NCBI GenBank assembly: GCA_963727445.1
Contig: CAVSGI010000014.1
Span: 32,001-96,000 of the forward strand
Origin: an uncultured delta proteobacterium
GTDB lineage: Bacteria; Myxococcota_A; Polyangia; Polyangiales; B10-G4
DNA: 64,000 bases
Direction of reading: 5' to 3'
Below the pieces are notes generated by a model. That model had not been told where the DNA came from. It searched no databases and saw only the letters and a program-made list of their open reading frames with translations. How positions within the stretch are numbered: the first letter of the stretch is position 1; each line of letters starts with the position of its first letter. This document shows positions 26,161 to 35,756 of this stretch, one piece after another. The translations under genes and the position numbers were made by a program.

Positions 26161-26520
26161 GGCGGACCGCTCTCGGAGGCAACGGGCGATGGGTCGGACT
26201 TCGGGCCGCGTCGACGGACCGCTCTCGGAGGCAACGGGCGATGGGTCGGACTTCGGGCCGCGTCGGCGGACCGCTCTCGGAGGCAACGGGCGATGGGTCG
26301 GACTTCGGGCCGCGTCGGCGGACCGCTCTCGGAGGCAACGGGCGATGGGTCGGACTTCGGGCCGCGTCGACGGACCGCTCTCGGAGGCAACGGGCGATGG
26401 GTCGGACTTCGGGCCGCGTCGGCGGATCGCTCTCAGAGGCAACGGGCGATGGGTCGGACTTCGGGCCGCGTCGGCGGGCCGCTCTCGCGGCAACGGGAAG
26501 CGGTCGGACTTCGGTCCGCC
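26161..26520. repeat. 52-bp tandem repeat, 6 full units plus 1 degenerate unit, non-coding
   Basis: Unit GGCGGACCGCTCTCGGAGGCAACGGGCGATGGGTCGGACTTCGGGCCGCGTC starts at 26161, 26213, 26265, 26317, 26369 and 26421; partial unit from 26473. Confidence 0.95.
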
Positions 26521-26593
26521 GTGCGCGCATTCCTGGCGACCCTGGTAGTACCCCCCGCGCGCTCTGCCGTACCCCCTGAGGCCGCTCGACGAT

Positions 26594-28441
26594 TCAACCG
26601 ACGGTGGCGCCCGCAGGAACCGCGGGACTGCGACGCGGCACGTCGCCGTCGTCGTGATCGCCGCCGCCGTGTCCATGTCCGTCTCCGTCTCCGCCGCCGT
26701 CTCCGTCACCGTCACCACCGCCGCTGTCTCCGCCACCGCCGCCGTGACCGTGACCCGTTCCCCAGGTCGGCGCGGCGTCGCGCGGGACGATGCCGCCGGG
26801 CTGCAGATCGCGAAGCCCGCCCCCGCCCTGTGACGGGGGCGTGCGCAGGATGTAGGGCTCGGCGTTGAAAGTGCCGCACTGGCGCGCGTTCCGATAGAAG
26901 CCCCAGTGCACGTAGACCTTGCCGTCGCCGCTCAGGATGGACGAAGGCGCCTCGGGATAAGGCTGGCCGCGCATCACCGCGTTGTACGCGCCGTAGTCGA
27001 AGGGCAAGAGGCCGCTCGGCTTCACCACGCCGATGCGATGCACCGTCCCATCGCGGTTCAAGATGATCTCCAGCTTCGTCATCAGCGTGATGTCGGCGAA
27101 GGGAGAGGTCCCGCCCGCCGGCAGGCCGCCCAGGAACCGGTCCGCGTACTCGCGATGGATCCGCCGGTGCACCGCAGCGATGTAGGTCGCGAAGGGTGAG
27201 GCCGCCGCGTTGAGCGCGGTCTGATTACCGGGGCGCACGTTCGGCGTGAAGTTTTCGATGGCAGCGCGGAACTCGCGCCAGGTCTGCTCGCGGTTGTTGC
27301 CCCTGAGGCGCGACTGGCGCTCCTGGAGGTAATGCTCGCGCTCTTCGCGGAGCTGGTCCTCCGTCATCACCTCTTCGAACTGACTCCAGCTCACGCGCAG
27401 ATCGGGACCGACCCTGCCGCTGCCCCGACCAGCGCCGCGCTCGCCCACGCGCCCGCGCCCGATGCGCCCCGCGCGCCGTCCGCTGCCGGCCTCACCGCGA
27501 CCGAAGCCGGCGATGGCCGGCCCACCGCCGTCTCCCTCGCCCTCCCCTTCAGGTCGCTCGCGCACCGCGACGGTGAAGCTCCCGTTGCCGTCGTTGACCT
27601 CGATCAGATGCACGCGCTCGCCGCCGCCCGACCGCTGCGCGCCGCCTTCGTCGCCTCCGCGCGGGTCCGCGTCGGAGGATCCCGACGCCGAATCGGCCGA
27701 CGCGACCCGCCCGGTGTCTCCCCGCGCCTGTGTGGAGGGGGGAGGTGTGTCGGGCGCCTCGCGCGGCCGCTCCATGTTCGCTTCGATCTCGGTCGGCGTT
27801 CGGACGTCGCTTCCTTCCATCTCGCGCGCGTCGGCCACCTCCACGTCGTCGGCGTTGCCGAGCTCCTCGGACTCGGACTCCTCGGAGGGCATGCCCGCCG
27901 CCTGCTCCACGTCGTCGCGGGCGTAGTTCCTCAGGCGCGCCACCGTCTCCTCTTCGACGGTGTTGTTCTCCTCGGCGATGTAGTTGGTGTCCGGCGGCGG
28001 CTGATCCGGGTTCTGGCTCCGCTGCTGGATCGCCTGCTTGTTCATCGCCTCGGGCGGCGGCGTGGGCTGTGGCTCAACCTGAGCGACCTGCTGCTCTTCC
28101 TGCGGCTGCTCTTCTTCCTCTTGCTGCTCTTCCTGCTCGCGCTCTTCTTCCTGCGTCTCCTCGCGCCGCTCGCGCCGCTCGCGCCGAGCGCGCTCGCTTC
28201 CATCATCCGGCGCCTCCGGCGCTTCGACCGCTTCGTCCTGCGCGGCCTCGGCCGGCTCTTCGGCCATCGGCTCCCCCACCTCGAACTCGATCTCCACAGG
28301 AGGGGCGTTCGAGGCCACGTGCTCTTCGGCGAACTTCTTCGCGAGATAACCCAGCACCTCGTACACCGGCAGGTGGACCGCCAGCGACGCGAGGAGCGCG
28401 ATCGAGAAGACGATGAAGGTGGGCGGGAGGAAGCGGCGCAC
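26594..28441 (-). CDS. TonB/TolA-family energy transducer-like protein
   Basis: N-terminal TM with SLAVH, long E/Q/P-rich linker, TonB C-terminal-like domain (FATYIAAVHRRI..LEIILNRDGTV..PSGLLPFD). Confidence 0.75.
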   Translation of the reverse strand: MRRFLPPTFIVFSIALLASLAVHLPVYEVLGYLAKKFAEEHVASNAPPVEIEFEVGEPMAEEPAEAAQDEAVEAPEAPDDGSERARRERRERREETQEEEREQEEQQEEEEQPQEEQQVAQVEPQPTPPPEAMNKQAIQQRSQNPDQPPPDTNYIAEENNTVEEETVARLRNYARDDVEQAAGMPSEESESEELGNADDVEVADAREMEGSDVRTPTEIEANMERPREAPDTPPPSTQARGDTGRVASADSASGSSDADPRGGDEGGAQRSGGGERVHLIEVNDGNGSFTVAVRERPEGEGEGDGGGPAIAGFGRGEAGSGRRAGRIGRGRVGERGAGRGSGRVGPDLRVSWSQFEEVMTEDQLREEREHYLQERQSRLRGNNREQTWREFRAAIENFTPNVRPGNQTALNAAASPFATYIAAVHRRIHREYADRFLGGLPAGGTSPFADITLMTKLEIILNRDGTVHRIGVVKPSGLLPFDYGAYNAVMRGQPYPEAPSSILSGDGKVYVHWGFYRNARQCGTFNAEPYILRTPPSQGGGGLRDLQPGGIVPRDAAPTWGTGHGHGGGGGDSGGGDGDGDGGGDGDGHGHGGGDHDDGDVPRRSPAVPAGATVG

Positions 28442-28531
28442 GGTGGGCCTTGACTACTTATAGTCGCCCGGCGGCCGGAGCAACGCACGCCCCCATGAGC
28501 ACCGCGAAATCCGTCGGTTTTTCAGGACCCT

Positions 28532-29218
28532 TTAGCGGACCCGCACGGTGGCCCGTCCGGAGCCCGAGGCGCCCTGAGTCCGCACCGTCCCCGATCCCTG
28601 GACCCGCACCGTGCCCCGCGGCCGATTGTTCCGCCGGCGGTTCTGCTGGCGGACGGTCGTGGTGGGTCCCCGGGGAGGGCCGACCGTTCGGACGGTGGTC
28701 TGACCCCTGGGCTGCTGGACGACGGTGGTCGTGGTGCGGCCGCGGGGGCGGCCTCCGACCCGGATCGTCGCCCGGGGGGCAGCAGGCTGGACCACCACGT
28801 TGGTCCGCGGCCGCTGGACGACCACCCGGGAGCGGCCACTGGCCGGACGCCAGGAGCCGGTGACATAGACATACCCGTTTCCACGGCGCTCCCAGCGGGG
28901 CTGGATGTAGACGTGGTTCACGCGCCCCTGAACCCAGTAGCCGTTCATCCAGACGTACTGGTTCCCATTCCACTCCCAGTGGCCATCCACCCAGACCGAG
29001 TTCGGGTACGGCGCCGGGGGCCGCGCGTTGACCGCGATCGTCGCCTGGGCGGGTGGAGGCGCCTGATAGACCACGACACCTTGGGCCGCCGGAGCGCCGG
29101 CGGTCGCCGAGACGGTGCCCGAGTACGTCACGGTGCGGGCGGGCCGCGCCCGGACGTAGCAGCCGCTCGCGAAGAGGCCGACGAGGGCGAGGGCGGCAAG
29201 TGTGAGGGAGCGGATCAT
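28532..29218 (-). CDS. YXWGXW-repeat lipoprotein
   Basis: Lipobox LFASG-C; VWVDGHWEW, YVWMNGYW, YVYVTGSW; R/T/V-rich tail. Confidence 0.8.
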   Translation of the reverse strand: MIRSLTLAALALVGLFASGCYVRARPARTVTYSGTVSATAGAPAAQGVVVYQAPPPAQATIAVNARPPAPYPNSVWVDGHWEWNGNQYVWMNGYWVQGRVNHVYIQPRWERRGNGYVYVTGSWRPASGRSRVVVQRPRTNVVVQPAAPRATIRVGGRPRGRTTTTVVQQPRGQTTVRTVGPPRGPTTTVRQQNRRRNNRPRGTVRVQGSGTVRTQGASGSGRATVRVR

Positions 29219-29286
29219 GGGGCCTCCGGGGGCGCCGTGTGATCTCCTCGACACGGCGCGGGGGTTCGTGCTCTGGTCCGAGCAGT

Positions 29287-30415
29287 ATGACTGAGCTCGT
29301 ATTGGACGACGAGACTCTCTCCGAGCTTCATTCTTGGGGCTTCGATCGCGCGACTTTCGAAAAACTGAGGGAAAAGCTGAGATCTCGGGGGGATCTTCAG
29401 GCTGGTAACCGCATCTCGGGACGGGTGGAGGTGCCTCCCGAGGGGGCGGTCCGGACCCTGCCCAAGACCGGAGACGCGGCGCGAGGGGAGCTCGCGGCGG
29501 CCGGCCGTGCGGCGATCGCTCGGGGTGAGGTGGGGGTGGTGATCCTCGCCGGCGGGATGGCGACGCGCTTCGGCGGGGTGGTCAAGGCGCTGGTGCCAGC
29601 CATCGACGACCAGACCTTCCTCGATCTGAAGCTCCGGGACGTGCGGAGCGCGGCGGCGCGGAGCCAGGGGCGGATCCCCCTGCTCTTGATGAGCAGCTTC
29701 GCGACCGATGCCGCGATCCGCGAGGCCACCCTGGGCGCCGGCGACCGACGCGGTGCCGGTGGAGGTCTTCGCCCAGCACATCTCGATGCGCCTGACGCCA
29801 CAGGGGGACCTCTTCTGCGAGGCCGACGGCAGCCCTTCGCGCTACGCCCCGGGACACGGGGATCTGACCTTCGCCCTTCGCGAATCGGGCGTGCTCGCGC
29901 GTTTCCGCGAGGCGGGCGGCAAGGTCCTCTTCATGTCGAACGTCGACAACCTCCTCGCCACCGTCGACGAAGCGGTGATCGGCGCGCACCTCGCGTCGGG
30001 GGCCGAGGTCACCGTGGAGTGCGTCGACAAGGAGCCGGGGGACAAGGGCGGCGCGCCGGCGCTCGTGGATGGACGGCTCGAGATCGTCGAGTCCTTCCGC
30101 TTTCCCGAAGGCTTCGATCAGGACCGCATCGGCGTCTTCAACACCAACACCCTGCTCTTCGACGCCGCCGCCATCGATCGCGACTTCGACCTCTCGTGGT
30201 TCGCCGTCGAGAAGAAGGTGGACGGACGCGCCGCCATCCAGTTCGAGCACCTGGTCGGGCAGCTCACCGCGTTTCTTCCGTCTCACTTCCTGCGCGTCGA
30301 TCGCGACGGGCCGGACGGCCGCTTCGCACCGGTGAAGGATCCCGACGAGCTGGATCGGCGACGGCCACAGATCCGCGCGGCCCTCGAAGCGCGGGGCATC
30401 CTCGAAGCGACGTGA
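29287..30415 (+). CDS. UTP--glucose-1-phosphate uridylyltransferase, UDPGP (eukaryote-type) family; frameshift near 29740
   Basis: ILAGGMATRFGG..K in the frame of ORF 29239; APGHGD, SNVDNL, DKGG, FNTNT and RFAPVK in ORF 29708..30415. Confidence 0.8.
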
Positions 30416-31566
30416 GCAGGGGCCCAAAGCACACCTTCGCCCTCGTGGCGCTCTTCGTGCTCGCTGGCTGCGACGAGGAGAGCCACAGCGACGTCGCCTG
30501 CGTCTTCGGTGACGAGCACCGCGTCGCCGCGGCGCGGGGCGGGTTCAGCACGGTCCGCGTCGCTGAGCTCGGCGATGGATTCGCCGCGATCTGGTCGAGC
30601 CACGAAGGCGCCTTCGTTCGCGCCATCGACGGCGAAGGCACGCCCACTGGCGCCCCCGTTCGAATCGGCGCCGGGTGCGATGCGGGGATGGACGCCGCCA
30701 CGACGGCGACCGGGCTGGCGGTCGCCTGTCTGATCGCGGCCGTGCCGGCACAGGACAAGCCCGGCTTGGTCTCTCTCGTCACCATCGACGACAGCGGGCA
30801 CATCCTGTCGCGCCGCACTGTCGGCGAGGTGGGCGAAGGCAGCCGCGGCATCAGCCTGGTGAGCAAGGATGGGCATCTCGCCCTCGCCTACTTCGACGGA
30901 GAGCGGCGCGCGGTGTTCTTCGCCGACGCGGACGAGGGGCCGAAGCCCGAGCCGCGGATGCTTTCTCGCGAAGGGCCGACGGCCGGCCCGCCACGGCTCT
31001 TCGTGGACGGCGACAGGCTCCTGGCGACCTGGGCCGAGACGGTCACCGATCCGATGAACGACACGCTCGTGGGCGAGGTGCTGATCTCGGATTTGGAGTC
31101 GGAGCCGGCGCGCTTCGCGAACGTGCTCTACGACGACGCCCAGCCCGTACTGACCCGCGACGCGGAGGGCTTGGTGGTGGGCTTTCGGGACGAGAACCCC
31201 GCCGGCTCCCGGGTCGGCCTCTTCACCGCGCGCGTCGGCGACGACCTCGAAAAGGACGGCGAGCTCTGGCGGGTGGGTCGTTCGGACGCGGCCTCTGGCG
31301 TCGCGCTCTTTCCCTGCGCCGGCGGCCTCTACGCCGTCGCGCCGCACACCTACAGCCGCCGGGAGATGCTGGTCGGCGTCTCCCGCCTCGACAGCCACCT
31401 CGATTCGATCGCTGGCGAGCGGCAGATCTACACCAGCGGCGCTCGCTACGAGCACGGCACCGGCACCTGCAGTGACGGCGCCGCACTGCTCCTCGTCGCC
31501 CAGCGCGCTCAGACGCCCTCGGGCGAAGCGGTGCTCAAGTCCATGACGCTGCGCTGCGACCGCTGA
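30412..31566 (+). CDS. Hypothetical lipoprotein, beta-rich (possibly propeller-like)
   Basis: GTGA overlap with the upstream stop; lipobox FVLAG-C; 3' part of ORF 29239..31566. Confidence 0.7.
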   Translation: MSRGPKHTFALVALFVLAGCDEESHSDVACVFGDEHRVAAARGGFSTVRVAELGDGFAAIWSSHEGAFVRAIDGEGTPTGAPVRIGAGCDAGMDAATTATGLAVACLIAAVPAQDKPGLVSLVTIDDSGHILSRRTVGEVGEGSRGISLVSKDGHLALAYFDGERRAVFFADADEGPKPEPRMLSREGPTAGPPRLFVDGDRLLATWAETVTDPMNDTLVGEVLISDLESEPARFANVLYDDAQPVLTRDAEGLVVGFRDENPAGSRVGLFTARVGDDLEKDGELWRVGRSDAASGVALFPCAGGLYAVAPHTYSRREMLVGVSRLDSHLDSIAGERQIYTSGARYEHGTGTCSDGAALLLVAQRAQTPSGEAVLKSMTLRCDR

Positions 31567-31614
31567 GCTCGGGCGCTTGCCCGGAGGTTCCGCACCTGAC
31601 ACAAGCGTCGGGTC

Positions 31615-32805
31615 GTGCCGCGCGTCATCCCAGAGCTCGCCCCCCCGAAGCATCCCCTCGAGCGCCTGCCCGAGGAGTGGGAGGCGACCCTCGCCGAGTG
31701 GGGCGAGCCGCGCTATCGCGCGCTTCAGATCTTCCACTGGATCCATCGCCGCGGGGTCACCGACGCCGCCGAGATGACGGATTTGTCGAAGAAGCTTCGC
31801 GCGCGACTCGTCGCCGACGGCCTGTCGATGCCCCTGAGCATCACCCACGTCCACACGTCCGCCGATCGGACGCGCAAGATGTTGGTGACCATGGGCGACG
31901 AGCGCACCGTGGAGACGGTTCTGATCCCGCAGCTCCGCGATGCCGACCCCGACCGCGACGACGAAGAGGACGAGGTGCTCCCGGGCCGCGTACCGGGCCC
32001 GCGCGTCACGCAGTGCATCTCCTCTCAGGTCGGCTGCGCGATGGGCTGCGTCTTCTGCGCTTCGGGCATCGCCGGACTCAAGCGTCACCTCTCCGCCGCC
32101 GAGATCGTCGCGCAGGTGCTCGCCGGGCGAAAGGCGCTCGACGAGGGCGAGGCGCTTCGCAACGTGGTCTTCATGGGCATGGGCGAGCCGCTCCACAACT
32201 ACGACGCCGTCGCGCGCGCCCTGGTCCTCCTCAGCCACCCGGAAGGCATCGACCTCTCCACCCGTCGCGTCACCGTCTCCACCAGCGGGCTCGTGCCGCA
32301 GATCGATCGCCTGGCCGCCGAGTTCGACGGGCAGGTTCAGCTCGCGATCTCGCTACACGCCACCGACGACGCGCGCCGCAGTGAGATCATGCCGATCAAC
32401 AAGAAGCACCCGCTCCCCGAGCTGATCGCGTCGCTCCGACGCTACCCGTTGCCGCGGCGGCGGCGCATCACCATCGAGTACACGCTCATCCGCGGAGTGA
32501 ACGACAGCGACGAAGAGGCGGAGGCTCTCGAACGACTGCTCCGCGGCGTCCCGATGAAGGTCAACCTCATCCCGATGAATCCCGTTCCCGACAGCCCCCT
32601 CGAGGCGCCGGACGTCGCCGCCGTGGAGCGCTTCGGCAGTCGGCTCAGGTCGAAGGGCGTCGCCTGCTTCGTGCGAACCCAGCGCGGCGACGCCATCGCC
32701 GCGGCATGCGGTCAGCTCGCGCTCTCGGGCGAGAAACGCAAGGTCAAGACCAAGCTCCCGACCGTGCGAGCCACTGCGCCAGAGCCGCACGACGGCGAGC
32801 ATTGA
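31615..32805 (+). CDS. rlmN: 23S rRNA (adenine2503-C2)-methyltransferase, radical SAM
   Basis: CISSQVGCAMGCVFCASG, VFMGMGEP, VTVSTSG, IAAACGQL. Confidence 0.96.
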   Translation: MPRVIPELAPPKHPLERLPEEWEATLAEWGEPRYRALQIFHWIHRRGVTDAAEMTDLSKKLRARLVADGLSMPLSITHVHTSADRTRKMLVTMGDERTVETVLIPQLRDADPDRDDEEDEVLPGRVPGPRVTQCISSQVGCAMGCVFCASGIAGLKRHLSAAEIVAQVLAGRKALDEGEALRNVVFMGMGEPLHNYDAVARALVLLSHPEGIDLSTRRVTVSTSGLVPQIDRLAAEFDGQVQLAISLHATDDARRSEIMPINKKHPLPELIASLRRYPLPRRRRITIEYTLIRGVNDSDEEAEALERLLRGVPMKVNLIPMNPVPDSPLEAPDVAAVERFGSRLRSKGVACFVRTQRGDAIAAACGQLALSGEKRKVKTKLPTVRATAPEPHDGEH

Positions 32806-32874
32806 ACTTTTTCGCGTCGCGGGCGTCCAACGCCGTCCAGTGCAGCGCCGAGACGTAGTAAGGTAGCCGTCCCG

Positions 32875-34792
32875 ATGCGCGGGCTACAGACGCTGATCAT
32901 CCTCACGATCCTCGTCACCGCCGGGCCGGTGTACGCACAGGTGGGAGTGCGGGTCGCAGAGGTCCCGGACGGCGGCGTGCGCGTCGACGGATCGCTGCGC
33001 GACTGGCGACGGCAGCGCTTCGCGACCCTCGGCAGCGGGAGCGACGCGGCCATTCGCTATGCGCTGGGCGCGGACACCCGCGGGTTCTACCTCGCCGCCG
33101 AGGTGACCGACGAACGGATGGTGCGGACCGAGCGCCCCACGGATCGCGAAGACGCCATCGTCCTCACCTTCGCCATGCCGCGCGGCGAGGGATGGTCCGG
33201 CACCGACGTGTGGATCTACGCCGGCATCCCCGGTCGCCAGGCAGGCTCCGCCGGCGTGGCCTCGGTCGGCGGACGACCCCGCGCGGCCGGGGGCGTGCAG
33301 GTGGTGGAGGGGCCGCGCCGCGGCGGCAGTGGATACGTGGTCGAGGCCTTCATCCCTTTCCGCGCGATCACCGGCGGCGCGCGCTGGCAGGACGGGCGGA
33401 TGGCCATCCGACTGGTCGACGTGGATCGCGAAGCGCGGCCCGAAGTCGAGAGCGAGCTCGCCTCAGCGCACGTCGATCCCCGAAACCTCGGGCGCCTTCC
33501 CTCCATCCACGCCGAGGGAGGCGAATCGGGCATGCTGCGCGCGTTCCTGCACGATCGCGGGCTCGAAGGAACCGAGCCCCGCTTCGATCTTCGTGGTGAC
33601 GTTCAGGGCGACGCGCGTCCCGAGCGCGTCGTGGTGGTGGACACCTACGTGCTGGCCATGGGGCCGGGATTTCGCGACGGCGATGCCTACGACATCTTCC
33701 AGCTCCCCATCACCACCGCCGCTGACGTGCGCAGCGGCCGCCTGGCGGACATCACCGGCGACGGCAAGAAGGAGTTGATGCTCACCATTCGACAGCGCGG
33801 CGGCGGTGGGTCCCGCGACCTGTGGCAATCCTTCAGCTTCGACGGCGGCCAGATCCGGCCGCAGTTCGGGATCGAGGTGCGCAAGGAGACGCAGGAGGGC
33901 TTCATCGAGGCCGAGGTCGACATACGTCGCTCCCGGCGCGGACCGGCGCTGATCGTCGCGAGCGCGGGGCGCGCACAGGGACTCTCGTCAGAGAACTTTC
34001 GCGAAGCGAGAGCCACCGAAGTGGAAGCGATCCTCCTGCCGTGGGGCCCGGTGTCCGAGCGTGTCTATCAGTGGGACGGCACGCGCTTCGCCACCCTTCG
34101 CGAGACCGACAATCCACGGGCGCACCGTGAGCCCACCGCGCAGGAGCGCCGCTCGTCGTCCAACGCGTCGACGCAGCACCGGACGGAGCCCACCGGCCCG
34201 GTTGCTCCCACCGTCGAGCAGGTGCTTTCCGCTTTCAAGCGCCAGGCGGGTCTGCCAGCGAACGCACGCCCCGACACGCACATCGAGGCCAACCTCGCTC
34301 AGGGCTCGACCCCGGAGCACCTCTTCGTCTTCGGCACGCATCTGGTGGTGCTCGGCCCGCGCTTTCGCGGCGGCAACAACTTCTTTCACTTCCAGATCCC
34401 CGCGGCCAGCGGCGAAGACGTCGTGTCGGTGCGCACCGCCGACCTGACCTCCGATGGCCGAGAGGAGATCCTCATCCGGGTGCGCCGCCCCGCGGGGGAC
34501 GTCCAACGCCAGAATCCTCCTCGTCCAGCAGTTCCGCCCCCACGAGTTCGTGCGCATCGGGATGATCGAGGTGGGTCGAACCCAGGGCGCGAGCTCGATC
34601 GTCAACGAGGTGCGCATCCGAGGCCGCGGCCGAAACGCGCGCCTCGAGATCCGCCCCGGCCGCGCCCGCGGCTGGAACGCCTCGAGCTGGCCCTTCGCCG
34701 ACGGCACCGGCGATGGCGTGGACCCGCTCCTGTTGCCCTGGCGCGACCATGCCGTGACGTATCGCTACGCAGGTGGTCGCCTCGTCAGGTGA
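32875..34792 (+). CDS. Secreted protein with CBM9/DOMON-like N-terminus and FG-GAP-like motifs; frameshift near 34510
   Basis: VRVDGSLRDW, FYLAAEVTD, GYVVEAFIPF, ADITGDGKKE, ADLTSDGREE. C-terminus in ORF 34454..34792. Confidence 0.6.
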
Positions 34793-34872
34793 ACCCCGCC
34801 CCCCGGAAGGCGACCAGGCTGTGCTCGAAAACGCTCGACCCCGCCCTCGCCCCGAGCTCTTTGCGCGTGGCC

Positions 34873-35703
34873 TCAGACCGCGACGCCGAAGTCGCGAAGG
34901 GCCGCGTTCAGCGAGACCTTCTTGTCGGTGCTCTCGCTTCGCCGGCCGATGATGAGCGCGGCGGGGATCCCGAACTCTCCCGCCGGGAACTTCTTCAGGC
35001 GGGTGCCGGGAATGACGACGGATCGCGGAGGCACGAAGCCTGTCGTCTCCACCGGCGTTTCGCCGGTCACGTCGATGATCTTGGTCGAGGCGGTGAGGAC
35101 GACGTTCGCGCCGAGAACGGCTTCGGCGCCGACCCGCACGCCCTCCACCACGATGGCGCGGCTGCCGACGAAGGCGCCATCCTCGATGATCACGGGCGTG
35201 GCGCCCGGCGGCTCGAGCACGCCGCCGATCCCCACGCCGCCCGACAGATGCACGTGCGCGCCGATCTGCGCACAGCTGCCGACGGTGGCCCAGGTGTCCA
35301 CCATGGTCCCCTCCCCCACCCAGGCGCCGATGTTCACGTAGCCGGGCATCAGCACGACGCCGCGTGACAGGAACGCGCCGTGACGCGCGACGCCGGGAGG
35401 AACGACGCGCACGCCCGCTTCGGCGAGGTCGTGCTTGAGGGGGATCTTGTCGTGGTACTCGAAGGGGCCGACCTCGATGGTCTCCATCTGGCGGACGCCG
35501 AAGTACAGCAGCACCGCGCGCTTGGTCCACGCGTGCACCGTCCATTCGCCGTCATCGCCCTGGGTGGCCACGCGCACCTCTCCGCGATCCAAGAGCCCCA
35601 CCGTCCTCACGACAGCCTCGCGGTGCGCCTCGTCGCTGAGGAGGCTCCGGTCCTCGAACGCCGCGTCCACCTTGCGGCGCAGATCCTCGTGCTGATCACT
35701 CAT
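34873..35703 (-). CDS. dapD: 2,3,4,5-tetrahydropyridine-2,6-dicarboxylate N-succinyltransferase
   Basis: WTKRAVLLYF, YHDKIPLK, RVVPPG, MPGYVNIGA, TWATVGSCAQIG, IGGVLEP. Confidence 0.96.
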   Translation of the reverse strand: MSDQHEDLRRKVDAAFEDRSLLSDEAHREAVVRTVGLLDRGEVRVATQGDDGEWTVHAWTKRAVLLYFGVRQMETIEVGPFEYHDKIPLKHDLAEAGVRVVPPGVARHGAFLSRGVVLMPGYVNIGAWVGEGTMVDTWATVGSCAQIGAHVHLSGGVGIGGVLEPPGATPVIIEDGAFVGSRAIVVEGVRVGAEAVLGANVVLTASTKIIDVTGETPVETTGFVPPRSVVIPGTRLKKFPAGEFGIPAALIIGRRSESTDKKVSLNAALRDFGVAV

Positions 35704-35756
35704 GGCGGCGTCCATAGCACGACGCTGCGCCCGGTCCTACCCCGGCTCTCGCCTCT

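Noticed and set aside
26161..26520. CRISPR array
   Set aside because: Units are contiguous and near-identical with no unique spacers, and there are no cas genes.
29239..31566. A 775-aa fusion of uridylyltransferase and a beta-rich domain
   Set aside because: Artefact of the frameshift near 29740. The downstream lipoprotein has its own GTG and lipobox at 30412.
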